DNA of 49,164 nt from an uncultured Clostridium sp. (GTDB lineage: Bacteria; Bacillota; Clostridia; Lachnospirales; Lachnospiraceae), in assembly GCA_958442925.1 (NCBI GenBank), contig CAUCIO010000001.1, positions 1 through 49,164 on the forward strand, in the 5' to 3' direction. Below the pieces are notes generated by a model, which did no database searches, had not been told where the DNA came from, and saw only the letters and a list, made by a program, of their open reading frames with translations. Positions 1 through 9,054 of the stretch are shown piece by piece. Each line of letters begins with the position of its first letter. Positions within the stretch are counted from its first letter, which is position 1. A program made the position numbers and the translations under genes.

Positions 1-10
1 TTTGCACTAG

Positions 11-55
11 AAAAGGAGCTACGCACTAATTACTTAGTGCGACAGCCCCTCTTTT
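11..55. terminator. Intrinsic terminator-like hairpin
   Basis: CGCACTAA-TTAC-TTAGTGCG core (22-41), extended imperfectly by AAAAGGAGCT/AGCCCCTCTTTT; A/T runs on both flanks. Confidence 0.55.
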
Positions 56-94
56 ATCGCCTTCAGAAGCTGTCTCAGCCCAGATTCTTTTTTT

Positions 95-125
95 GACATA
101 ATTGTCTCCTGGTTCGCATATAGTA
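95..125 (+). promoter_or_regulatory. Putative sigmaE-type sporulation promoter
   Basis: gacATA(98-100)-N16-CATATAGT(117-124) fits ATA-N16-18-CATAnnnT. Alternative reading: TTGACA(93-98)-N20-TATAGT. Confidence 0.5.
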
Positions 126-170
126 TTAACAGGCTACGAAATATTGTGAACTAAAGGAGAGGATTGAATC

Positions 171-884
171 ATGGCTGAGGTACATTATCTGATATCAGAC
201 GCATCTAAAAAGGTGGATGTGGAAGCTCATGTGCTGCGATATTGGGAGGAGGAGCTGGAGCTTAAGATTCCCAGAAATGAGATGGGGCATCGTTATTATA
301 CAGAATTTCATATTCGGCTGTTCAGGCAGGTGAAAATGCTGAAGGACAAGGGGTATCAGCTGAAGGCGATTAAAACGGCTCTGTCAAAGTCCCTGGAATC
401 AGATGGAAAGGTAATTATTCCAAACGAGGTGCTGGAGGAGGACGTACTGGCAGCTCTCAGAAAGACAGAATCTGATGGGAAAGACGGCTCTGAGCCAGGA
501 ACGGAGGTACTGGCCGGGCAGGAGACAGCAGTTTCCTGTGCAGATGAGATGCAGCAGGGAAATACTGTAGAGACGTTAGTAGAGAGCGGTCAGCTGGAGC
601 AGGTGCAGAGACTTTTAAACCATGTAATAGGACGGGCTATGGAGGAAAACTGTGAAAAGCTGAGCCAGGATATCGCTTATATGGTCCATGAAAAGCTTCT
701 GAAAGAGATGGACTACCTGATGCGGGTGGCTGACGAGAAGGAGGACGAGCGGTTCAGACAGCTGGATGAGATGATACGTGTCTGTCAGAAGGACAACCAG
801 TGCCGGATGGAAGCGGCTGCGGCAAAAATGCCGTTTCTTCGGTTTAAAAAACGGAAGTTTGGGCGGAATGGAAATAAGATTTAG
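171..884 (+). CDS. MerR-type HTH protein with C-terminal coiled coil
   Basis: ISDASKKVDVEAHVLRYWE...RNEMGHRYY MerR HTH; RBS AAGGAGAGG; helical C-terminus and basic/aromatic tail. Confidence 0.85.
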   Translation: MAEVHYLISDASKKVDVEAHVLRYWEEELELKIPRNEMGHRYYTEFHIRLFRQVKMLKDKGYQLKAIKTALSKSLESDGKVIIPNEVLEEDVLAALRKTESDGKDGSEPGTEVLAGQETAVSCADEMQQGNTVETLVESGQLEQVQRLLNHVIGRAMEENCEKLSQDIAYMVHEKLLKEMDYLMRVADEKEDERFRQLDEMIRVCQKDNQCRMEAAAAKMPFLRFKKRKFGRNGNKI

Positions 885-909
885 AAGATTAAGGAAGATG
901 AAGGAAAAG

Positions 910-960
910 AAGGAGAGCTGTCCGGTGCATCGATTTGATGGGCCTGACAGCTCTCCTTTT
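910..960. terminator. Bidirectional terminator between convergent genes
   Basis: AAGGAGAGCTGTC ... GACAGCTCTCCTTTT inverted repeat. Confidence 0.8.
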
Positions 961-981
961 ATGCTTATTGATGTACAGCCT

Positions 982-1950
982 TTAGACCTTGTGGCAGCAG
1001 GCGAAGTGACCGGGACAGATTTCCCGCATGCAGGGTTCTTCCGTCCGGCATCTTTCGTCAGCCATATAGCAGCGGGTATGGAAACGGCAGCCGGAAGGTA
1101 CGTGGGAAGCGCTGGGCACATCCCCCTCCAGTACGATTCGTTTTCGCGTTTCCTGGCCGGACAGAAGGGGAACAGCCGATAAAAGTGCTTTTGTATAGGG
1201 GTGGGCGGGAGAGGAGAACAGCTCCTCAGCCGGGGCATACTCCATCAGCTTTCCCAGATACATCACTGCTACCCGATCACTTAAATGTTCTACCACATTC
1301 ATGGCATGGGAGATAAACAGGTAGGTAATGCCATATTTTTCTTTGAGATCCAGAAGCAGATTAATAATCTGGGACTGAATGGAAACGTCCAGAGCGGAAA
1401 CAGCTTCATCGCATACAATAAATTTTGGCTGGAGAGCCAGTGCTTTGGCGATAGCGACTCTCTGGCGCTGGCCGCCGGAAAATTCGTGAGGATAACGGTC
1501 TGCGTAGACAGGGTTTAAGCCTACCTGAACCATTAAATCTTCCACCTGCTCTCCTGCTTCCCTAGGCGTGCAGCCCTTCTGCACTGTGAGAACTTCTGAT
1601 ATCAGATGGCGTACGGTTTTTCTGGGATTCAGGGATGAGTAGGGATCCTGAAATACAATCTGAATATCTTTTCTAAGGTTTCTAAGCTCGTTTCCCTTAG
1701 CAGCTAACAGATCCTGTCCCTGGTACATAATTTTTCCGCCATTGGGCTGATTCAGGCGCACAATGGCCCTGCCAATGGTAGTTTTTCCGCATCCTGATTC
1801 TCCGACCAGTCCTACAGTTTCTCCTTTATGAATGGTAAGAGATACATCGTCAACGGCTTTTACAACGCCTGTCTGCCTCTGGAACAGCCCGGAGCGGATT
1901 GGAAAGTACACCTGAAGATTTTGAATGTCAATCAATGTTTCCTGGTTCAT
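982..1950 (-). CDS. oppF: Oligopeptide/dipeptide ABC transporter ATP-binding protein (OppF/DppF family)
   Basis: [27 protein letters not shown]-terminal HPYT and CRFHTRC; start at ATG 1950 (MNQETL) after GGAGGT. Confidence 0.93.
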   Translation of the reverse strand: MNQETLIDIQNLQVYFPIRSGLFQRQTGVVKAVDDVSLTIHKGETVGLVGESGCGKTTIGRAIVRLNQPNGGKIMYQGQDLLAAKGNELRNLRKDIQIVFQDPYSSLNPRKTVRHLISEVLTVQKGCTPREAGEQVEDLMVQVGLNPVYADRYPHEFSGGQRQRVAIAKALALQPKFIVCDEAVSALDVSIQSQIINLLLDLKEKYGITYLFISHAMNVVEHLSDRVAVMYLGKLMEYAPAEELFSSPAHPYTKALLSAVPLLSGQETRKRIVLEGDVPSASHVPSGCRFHTRCYMADERCRTEEPCMREICPGHFACCHKV

Positions 1951-1961
1951 TCTGTACCTCC

Positions 1962-3002
1962 TTATTGTGAAATATCTGATGGGCAGTGAAGCCAGCAGCT
2001 GACGCGGTGCCCGCCTTGTCTCGTTTCCGGCGGTTCCGCCTTGGTGCATTGTTCTGTTGCAAAAGGACAGCGGGGATGAAAACGGCAGCCGGAAGGGAAG
2101 TGAAGGGGATTCGGAACCGTTCCTTCAATGGTTTTCAGCCGTCCGCCGCGTTTTACCCGGATGCCGGGGATGGATAGAATCAGAAGTTCTGTGTAGGGGT
2201 GAAGAGGTGATTCCAGTACCTCTTTTAAGGAGCCCTCTTCTACAATTTTTCCTGCGTACATAACAGCTACCCGGTCAGCCATCTGAGATACAACTCCGAA
2301 GTCGTGGGTAATAAGCAGTATGGACATATTGAGCTCTTTCTGCAGTTCCTTCATCAGGTCAATGATCTGAGCCTGAATCGTAACATCCAGGGCAGTAGTA
2401 GGCTCATCGGCAATCAGCATGGATGGTCTGCTGGCCAGTGCTATGGCAATCATAACTCTCTGGCGCAGGCCGCCGGAGAGCTGGTGGGGGTAGACTTTCA
2501 GCCGTTCTTCCGGGTTGGGCACGCCTGCCCGCCTGAGAAATTCTACGGACTGGCTGTGTATTTCTTCCCGGCTCATGCCGGGATTGTGGAGCCGTATCAT
2601 TTCTCCAATCTGCTTTTCAATCCGGTAAACAGGATTTAAGGAGGTCATAGGCTCCTGAAAGATCATGGAAATTTCGGTTCCCCTGATTTTTCTGGCTTCT
2701 TCCTTTGAGAGATCCTTGATTTCTCTGCCGTTTAAAAGAATCGAGTCAGCCTGAATCTGGGCCGATTTTGCCAGAAGGCGGATGAGAGAAAGGGAGGTGA
2801 CGGTTTTTCCGCATCCGGATTCTCCTACCAGGGCCAGGGTTTCACCTCTGTCTATGTGGAAAGAAACTCCGTTGACAGATTTTACCAGTCCCTCTGGTGT
2901 GCGAAACCACGTACAAAGGTTTTCTACCTTCAGAAAGCAGCTGTCGGTCTGGCCGTCTTTTGGTGTGTTTTGTATATTAAAAGGTGTTTGCAGTTCTGTC
3001 AT
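1962..3002 (-). CDS. oppD: Oligopeptide/dipeptide ABC transporter ATP-binding protein (OppD/DppD family)
   Basis: [43 protein letters not shown]. Confidence 0.93.
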   Translation of the reverse strand: MTELQTPFNIQNTPKDGQTDSCFLKVENLCTWFRTPEGLVKSVNGVSFHIDRGETLALVGESGCGKTVTSLSLIRLLAKSAQIQADSILLNGREIKDLSKEEARKIRGTEISMIFQEPMTSLNPVYRIEKQIGEMIRLHNPGMSREEIHSQSVEFLRRAGVPNPEERLKVYPHQLSGGLRQRVMIAIALASRPSMLIADEPTTALDVTIQAQIIDLMKELQKELNMSILLITHDFGVVSQMADRVAVMYAGKIVEEGSLKEVLESPLHPYTELLILSIPGIRVKRGGRLKTIEGTVPNPLHFPSGCRFHPRCPFATEQCTKAEPPETRQGGHRVSCWLHCPSDISQ

Positions 3003-3013
3003 CTGAATTCCTC

Positions 3014-3895
3014 CTATTTTCTAAGCTTCGGATCAAAGGCATCCCGGAGACCGTCTCCAATCCAGTTGACAGAGAGGACAGTCAGGGAAATGGCAATTCC
3101 GGGGATTGTCGTCAGATAAGGAGCATTCTGAAGGTAATTTCGGCCCTGATTCAGCATGGCTCCCCAGTCTGGAAGAGAGGCGTCTGCTCCCAGTCCGAGA
3201 AAGTTCAGGCTGGCAGAGGACAGAATAGCGCTTCCTACAGACAGAGTCGTCTGAATAATGAGAGGACCGATGCAGTTGGGAAGAATATGGCCCAGCATAA
3301 TCCGGCTGTTTTTAAAACCGGCGGCTTTGGCAGATTCCACATATTCCTGTTCCCGGACAGCCATTACCTGGCTTCTGGTCAACCTGGCAAAGTTGGGCCA
3401 GCTGACGATAGCTAAAGCAATGACGATATTTTTCTGGCTGGCTCCCAGGGCAGCCATAATAGCGATGGCAATGATGAGAAATGGAAACGATAACATAATA
3501 TCCGTAATTCTCATCAGCAGAGAATCCAGCCAGCCGCCGAAGTAGCCGCTGATGCAGCCGATAAAAATGCCGGCGAAGGCAGATAAAAGAGCTACAGTCA
3601 GTCCTGTAAGGACAGAACTTCGGCCGCCGTAGAGCAGGCGGGAGAGGATATCTCTGCCATAGTCATCGGTCCCCAGCAGATGTCCTGGAGAACCGGGGGG
3701 CAGAAGCATATCAGCCAGTACCATATCTTTAACGGGATCGTAGCTGGTAAATAAAGGGGCAAAGGCGCAGAGTGCTACAATAGCTGACAGAATGAAAAGA
3801 CCCAGCACTGCAATTTTGTTTTTGAAAAACTGTCTGGCCACATCCTTCCAGTAGGAGGCCTTTTTATTTGAGCTGTTAAGTTGTTCTGTGTGCAT
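3014..3895 (-). CDS. oppC: Peptide ABC transporter permease (OppC/DppC family)
   Basis: HLLGTDDYGRD, EYVESAKAAG, GDGLRDAFDPK. Confidence 0.92.
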   Translation of the reverse strand: MHTEQLNSSNKKASYWKDVARQFFKNKIAVLGLFILSAIVALCAFAPLFTSYDPVKDMVLADMLLPPGSPGHLLGTDDYGRDILSRLLYGGRSSVLTGLTVALLSAFAGIFIGCISGYFGGWLDSLLMRITDIMLSFPFLIIAIAIMAALGASQKNIVIALAIVSWPNFARLTRSQVMAVREQEYVESAKAAGFKNSRIMLGHILPNCIGPLIIQTTLSVGSAILSSASLNFLGLGADASLPDWGAMLNQGRNYLQNAPYLTTIPGIAISLTVLSVNWIGDGLRDAFDPKLRK

Positions 3896-3912
3896 AAATC
3901 CTCCTCCTTTCC

Positions 3913-4872
3913 TTATTTGTCCAGCCTGATTTTGGGATTCAGCCAGGCGCAGATAATATCAATGATCAGATTTGTCAGGAGAAACAGAGCGCAAAGCACC
4001 AGTGTATTGCCCTGAATCATGGGATAATCACGCTTGGCGATAGAGTTCATGGCAAGTCTTCCTACTCCAGGCCAGGCAAAGATAGTCTCTGTTACAACCG
4101 CTCCCCCCAAAAGGGCGCCAAATTCGCTTCCGATCACTGTCACTACAGGGATCATGGCATTTTTCATGGCATGTCCGATGATGACGGCATACTCTTTCAG
4201 ACCTTTGCTTCTGGCAAAACGGACATAGTCCTGGCTTAATACGTCCAGCATACTGGAACGGATCATACGGGTCTGTGTGGCTGCCAGACCTAAAGCCAGA
4301 GAAGAAGCAGGCAGAATCAGATGGGACAGAAACGGTCCCAGCCCGTCATCTATGTACGCCATTCCCTGGCTGGGAAGGATTCCAAGATTCTGTGAAAAAA
4401 AGATAATCAGCACCAGACCAAACCAGAATTTTGGCAGGGAGGTTCCAATGGTAGCCAGAAAGGTGGCAATGGAATCCCATATGCTGTTGTGCCGTATGGC
4501 CGCCAGAATACCGAGTGGGATGGAAATTAAAAGTCCCAGGAAAACGGCGGCCACAGTCAGCACAAGGGTAGCAGGCAGACGCTGCATAATCGCTGTGAAC
4601 ACGTCTTCGTCTGTGATGTAGGAGGTTCCCAGATCTCCTTTCACTGCATTTTTCAGAAAATCGGCATATCGAACCAGCATAGGTTTATCAAGTCCCAGTT
4701 CATGCCGTGCTGCTTCGTATTCTTCTTCCGTAAAGCTCTGAGTGTCTCCAGAACCCAGCATAATATAGACAGGGTCTCCCGGTGTCACATAGAGCAGGGA
4801 GAAAATCAGGAAGGAGATGACGAGCAGAGTCGGTATGGCCTGGAGAACACGTTTGGCAATATAGTTCCACAT
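3913..4872 (-). CDS. oppB: Peptide ABC transporter permease (OppB/DppB family)
   Basis: PGDP, GDLGTS, DYVRFARSKGL, ETIFAWPGVG, RDYP. Confidence 0.92.
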   Translation of the reverse strand: MWNYIAKRVLQAIPTLLVISFLIFSLLYVTPGDPVYIMLGSGDTQSFTEEEYEAARHELGLDKPMLVRYADFLKNAVKGDLGTSYITDEDVFTAIMQRLPATLVLTVAAVFLGLLISIPLGILAAIRHNSIWDSIATFLATIGTSLPKFWFGLVLIIFFSQNLGILPSQGMAYIDDGLGPFLSHLILPASSLALGLAATQTRMIRSSMLDVLSQDYVRFARSKGLKEYAVIIGHAMKNAMIPVVTVIGSEFGALLGGAVVTETIFAWPGVGRLAMNSIAKRDYPMIQGNTLVLCALFLLTNLIIDIICAWLNPKIRLDK

Positions 4873-4901
4873 AGAATCGGCTCCTTTCGGTTAAGATGGA
4901 A

Positions 4902-4945
4902 AGGACGCAGCAGTCCTGCGGTGAGGCAGAGCGACGCTGCGTCCT
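4902..4945 (-). terminator. Intercistronic stem-loop after oppA (partial terminator or mRNA stabiliser)
   Basis: AGGACGCAGC (4902-4911) / GCTGCGTCCT (4936-4945), the usual position after a binding-protein gene. Confidence 0.6.
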
Positions 4946-4979
4946 GAATGTCTGTTGAGCGGTTATTGCATGACAGCCA

Positions 4980-6626
4980 CTATTCCACAGTTACATTTCT
5001 TGTACTGTTGGTGAGAGAACACCACAGAACAGGAAGCTCTTCAAAATCTTTGACTCTCGTGTTCATTCCCAGCTGCACATATTCAAAGAAGCCGCCCATG
5101 TGGACGCAGTCCTTGATGGTCATAAGGGATGCCTCTGTAAGAAGTTTAGCTCTGGCTTCATCATCAAGAGTTGCGAAGGCTTCATCCAGTTTGGCATCCA
5201 GCTCAGGGTTTGAGTAATTTGTGCGGTGAGCTGTCATTTTTGATTTTTCAGAGTGGAAGAGCATGTTCATGCCGTCCAGAGTGCTTCCTCCACCCATAAC
5301 AAATGCCTGTACATTGGAGGATTTTATATCAGAGGTCATGGTAGCGTATTCTGTTGGCTGAGGAATGCAGTTAATTCCTGCTTTTTTAAGCTCGGTGGAG
5401 ACAATAACGCCGAATTTCATATTCGGATCTGTATTGACTGTTTTTAATACAAACTCCAGCTTCTGTCCATCTTTTTCATAAATACCATCAGAGCCGAGAG
5501 ACCATCCTTTTGATTCCAACAGAGCCTTGGCCCCATCTGGATCATAGGCAGGGTAGGCCTCCTTCCATGCAGCCTCATCTGCTCCTGGGAATTCCAGAGG
5601 AATTGGTCCCCAGGCACGTTTGGCAAGAGTAATTCCGGCGTCATTGGCGAAAATAGCTTTTACAGCAGATTCTGTATCTACTGCCATCAGGATCGCTTTT
5701 CTCACATCAGGATCGGAAAGAAGCGGATCTTCGAAGTTAAATCCCATATATCGGTACCAGCCCAGCGGGTTGGCTAACAGCTTTACATTTTCTTTTGCAG
5801 CTACTGCCTCTAAATCGGTGGAAAGAAGCTGTACGGCAATATCGATTTCATTATTCTGGAGAGCGATAGCAGCTACTGCTTTGTCCGGAATAATTTTATA
5901 TACTACTTTGTCAAGTCCTGGTTCAATATAGTAATCCTCATTTTTTACCAGCACAGTCTGATCGTCCGTAGCATAGGATTCGAACTTATATGGACCGGAG
6001 CCGACTGGATGCTTAGCCAGATCAAATCCATCGTCTACCGCTTTGGTGGGGAAGAGGTAGATATTGCTGAGAGCCATTAAAAACAGGGCTTCCGGCTTTT
6101 TTGTTACAAATTTAATGGTAGAGTCGTCGGTTACTTCAATATGATCAATGGATTCTGTCAGGCTGGAACGGCGGGCAGCTTCATTTTTTTCATCCATTAC
6201 AAAATCAAACACATTTTTTACATCCTGAGCCGTGACAGGAATTTTTTCATCGCCGAACAAGTTGTTTCCAGTCTGCCAGAAGGAATTGTCTCTCAGATGG
6301 AATACCCATGTCAGCTCATCTTCATTTTCCCAGCTTTCGGCCAGGCCTGGGAGAAAGTTGCCTCGTGTATCGTACTCAATCAGAGATTCGTAGACATTCG
6401 ACAGAATATAGCGGTCTCCGTCTGAAGTGGATTTCCAGGGGACGAAGGTGCTGACTGTGTAGGTGGTTCCGATAGTGAGGGTTTTTCCGCCTTCGCTGGT
6501 CTGGGCGGAGACAGAAGCATTTCCATCGTCTTTCTGCCCGGAATCAGCTGACTTTGGAGCGCAGCCAGTTAAAGCGATTGCCAAAGCGAGCATGGATGCT
6601 AAAATTTTTCTTCCTCTTTTTTTCAT
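4980..6626 (-). CDS. oppA: Peptide ABC transporter substrate-binding lipoprotein (family 5)
   Basis: Signal peptide with lipobox LTGC; VYESL, PGLAESW, PVGSGPYK, VRKAI motifs. Confidence 0.92.
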   Translation of the reverse strand: MKKRGRKILASMLALAIALTGCAPKSADSGQKDDGNASVSAQTSEGGKTLTIGTTYTVSTFVPWKSTSDGDRYILSNVYESLIEYDTRGNFLPGLAESWENEDELTWVFHLRDNSFWQTGNNLFGDEKIPVTAQDVKNVFDFVMDEKNEAARRSSLTESIDHIEVTDDSTIKFVTKKPEALFLMALSNIYLFPTKAVDDGFDLAKHPVGSGPYKFESYATDDQTVLVKNEDYYIEPGLDKVVYKIIPDKAVAAIALQNNEIDIAVQLLSTDLEAVAAKENVKLLANPLGWYRYMGFNFEDPLLSDPDVRKAILMAVDTESAVKAIFANDAGITLAKRAWGPIPLEFPGADEAAWKEAYPAYDPDGAKALLESKGWSLGSDGIYEKDGQKLEFVLKTVNTDPNMKFGVIVSTELKKAGINCIPQPTEYATMTSDIKSSNVQAFVMGGGSTLDGMNMLFHSEKSKMTAHRTNYSNPELDAKLDEAFATLDDEARAKLLTEASLMTIKDCVHMGGFFEYVQLGMNTRVKDFEELPVLWCSLTNSTRNVTVE

Positions 6627-6638
6627 GATACTCCTCCT

Positions 6639-7817
6639 TTATTCTGGTTTTTCAGCAAGCGTATTGTGATAGATGACACCGTCAATCATAGTCATCCGGC
6701 AGAGCGAGAAATTACAGAATGGATGTCCGTCGAAAACAGCGATATCGGCATCCTTTCCTGGTTCCAGAGAACCGATTCGGTGATCCAGCTCCAGATTTTC
6801 TGCGGCGTGGATGGTGACAGCGCGGAAGGCCGTTTCTTCCCTGAGTCCTCTTCGCATCAGAAGACCGATTTCTACAGGAAGCCAGGCAGTTTTGGACGCT
6901 GTGTCGGCCATGAGACAGATTTTCACTCCAGCCTTGTCCAGTTCTCCTGCTGTCTCCAGGTGAATGTTGTGAGTTTCCTGCTTATTCGGTTCTAAAAGGA
7001 GAGGGCCGATAACGCAGGTAGCATGCTTTTCACCTAGGAAATCCTTAATTTTTGAGCCATCCGTTGCATGTTCAATCGAATACTTCAGATGGAATTCCTC
7101 TGCCAGGCGGATGGCAGTTACAATATCGTCTGAGCGATGGCAGTGAATGCGGACTTTTCGCTCACCGCGTACAACCGGAACGAGTGGATCCAGCTCAAAA
7201 TTGAATGGAGGGGCAGGTTCTTTTCCTGCCTCTGCCGCAAGAAGCCGGTCGGAATAGGCTTTGGCTTCGTAAAGGGTTTTGCGTATGAGAGCTGCTGTTC
7301 CCATGCGGGTGGCAGGGGCTTTCTTTTCAGAGCCGTAAAACCGTTTGGGATTTTCTCCCAGAGCCATTTTCATCTGTTCACTTCCGGGAATGGCCATTTC
7401 ATCGGCCGTGGATCCCCGCAGCTTCATGCTGATTCCCAGGCCGCCGATAGGGTTGGCTGAGCCGGGGCCTGTATAGACAGTGGTGAATCCTGCATTCCGC
7501 ACTTTTTCCACTGCATAATCAAAGGGATTTAAGGCATCTAAAGCCCTCACATAGGGGGTTACCGGACTGCTGGATTCGTTTGTATCAGACTGCAGCATAG
7601 GCATGGTTTTCGGTTCTCCCATCAGACAGAGATGCGTGTGGCAGTCAATGAGTCCCGGCATGACGTAGCAGCCGGAAGCGTCGATTACCTCTGCGTTTTC
7701 CGGTATGGGGAGATCGGCTCCCACTGCTGAAATTTTTCCATTTTCAATAAGAAGAGTACCACGCTCAATCACACCGTTTGTAATTGTATTGACGGTTCCT
7801 CCTGTAATTGCAATCAT
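6639..7817 (-). CDS. Metal-dependent amidohydrolase (imidazolonepropionase-like superfamily)
   Basis: PGLIDCHTH, KMALGENPK, IHCH, IEH, GSLEPGKDAD. Confidence 0.9.
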   Translation of the reverse strand: MIAITGGTVNTITNGVIERGTLLIENGKISAVGADLPIPENAEVIDASGCYVMPGLIDCHTHLCLMGEPKTMPMLQSDTNESSSPVTPYVRALDALNPFDYAVEKVRNAGFTTVYTGPGSANPIGGLGISMKLRGSTADEMAIPGSEQMKMALGENPKRFYGSEKKAPATRMGTAALIRKTLYEAKAYSDRLLAAEAGKEPAPPFNFELDPLVPVVRGERKVRIHCHRSDDIVTAIRLAEEFHLKYSIEHATDGSKIKDFLGEKHATCVIGPLLLEPNKQETHNIHLETAGELDKAGVKICLMADTASKTAWLPVEIGLLMRRGLREETAFRAVTIHAAENLELDHRIGSLEPGKDADIAVFDGHPFCNFSLCRMTMIDGVIYHNTLAEKPE

Positions 7818-7841
7818 AATGCAGTTCCTCCCTGTTTTTCT

Positions 7842-8570
7842 TTATACAGACGCCCGTTTAACCAGATTCTGAAACAGCAGCTTCATGCTTTCACTGTCAG
7901 GAACCATTTCCTCCGGGTGCCATTGAACACCAATCAGCCGTCCGTCAGGACTTTCGACTGCTTCTATAATGCCGTCCTCTGTCTGAGCTGAGACGCGCAG
8001 CCCCTTTCCTAATGTTCGGACACTTTGGTGGTGCATACTGTTAGTAGCAATCTGTTCTGTTCCAAGGATTTGAAACAGCCGGCTTTCTTTTTCGATTTGT
8101 ACCTGGTGAAGCCGATAGCTGCGCCGCCCTGACTGACAGTGCAGAAAAGTTTCACACTCTCGCTGAGAATAGATGTCCTGATAGAGAGAACCTCCCATAG
8201 CAACAACCATCATCTGCATTCCCTTACAGATTCCCAGAGCTGGTTTCCGCTGTTCCAGAGCATACAGGAAGCTGTGAAATAGAAATTCGTCTACTTCTGG
8301 ACGAATTTCACCCAGATTTGGATGGGGATTTTCGCCATAATAACGGGGATCGATATCCTCGCCTCCTGGAAAGAGCAGTCCATCGCACAGGTCAATCAGC
8401 TTTCTGTTTTTTTCCTGATTGCTGCTGACCGGTATGATAAACGGAACAGCGCCAGCTTCTGCTACTGCGTTTATGTAGGCAGCGTTTATATACTGCCTGT
8501 CTACATCGCCAAAGCTGCCCTGACGGCAGCGCATTGTGTCCGCAAATACCCCAATGATTGGGTTTCCCAT
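7842..8570 (-). CDS. Gamma-glutamyl-gamma-aminobutyrate hydrolase family protein (peptidase C26, PuuD-like)
   Basis: DGLLFPGGEDIDP, nucleophile GICKGMQ, NSMHHQ, VQWHPE; class I glutamine amidotransferase triad intact. Confidence 0.9.
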   Translation of the reverse strand: MGNPIIGVFADTMRCRQGSFGDVDRQYINAAYINAVAEAGAVPFIIPVSSNQEKNRKLIDLCDGLLFPGGEDIDPRYYGENPHPNLGEIRPEVDEFLFHSFLYALEQRKPALGICKGMQMMVVAMGGSLYQDIYSQRECETFLHCQSGRRSYRLHQVQIEKESRLFQILGTEQIATNSMHHQSVRTLGKGLRVSAQTEDGIIEAVESPDGRLIGVQWHPEEMVPDSESMKLLFQNLVKRASV

Positions 8571-8637
8571 GATATCCCTCCAGTCTTTCGGGGAGATATT
8601 CTCCCCTTATTTACTGATACTATTTGTGAGATATAAT

Positions 8638-8655
8638 ATGCAGAAAATATGCCAA
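8638..8655 (-). promoter_or_regulatory. sigma54 (-24/-12) promoter of the C26-amidohydrolase-opp operon
   Basis: Minus strand TTGGCATATTTTCTGCAT = GG-N10-GC, about 70 bp upstream of the first ATG and next to a GAFTGA activator gene. Confidence 0.85.
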
Positions 8656-8771
8656 AATATAAAAAAACAATAAAAAAATGTAAAAAATGAGATAAATAGA
8701 GAAAGATAGAGCAATACAAATGAAAAAATATAAAAAATGCTCAGGCAGGAAGAGCGTACAGGAGAAAAAAC

Positions 8772-8895
8772 AGATGAAAATAGAAAAAAACAGAGGAAAA
8801 AAAGAGCTGTATGGAGAAAAAAGGGTGAAAATTGGGTAATATAGATGGAAATAGAAAAAAACTGGATGAAAATAAGGATAAAATGGGTGAAATGG
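8772..8895. repeat. Direct repeats, candidate upstream activator sequence
   Basis: AGATGAAAATAGAAAAAAAC (8772-8791) vs AGATGGAAATAGAAAAAAAC (8843-8862); related RGRTGRAA motifs at 8823, 8843, 8864, 8885. Confidence 0.55.
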
Positions 8896-8940
8896 TAAAA
8901 CGGACCATGCAGACGGCTGCCATATGCGCTGAAAGGGCGG

Positions 8941-8989
8941 AGAAACTTTTCCAGGGGCTGCGAGTGCAGAGGAGCCTGGAAAAGTTTCT
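8941..8989. terminator. Hairpin downstream of the sigma54 activator gene
   Basis: 15-bp perfect arms AGAAACTTTTCCAGG / CCTGGAAAAGTTTCT. Confidence 0.6.
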
Positions 8990-9054
8990 TCTCTCTGATT
9001 GCTGACTGAATTTTGCCGCAGTAGGAATACTGCCGTTTTTATGCAGGTTTGATA

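Noticed and set aside
615..1238. 207-aa minus-strand ORF (and 778..1182 on plus)
   Set aside because: Overlaps two real genes and the terminator between them; no recognisable motif.
8772..8895. Direct repeats as a degenerate CRISPR array
   Set aside because: Units are short and A-rich with no unique spacers and no cas genes.
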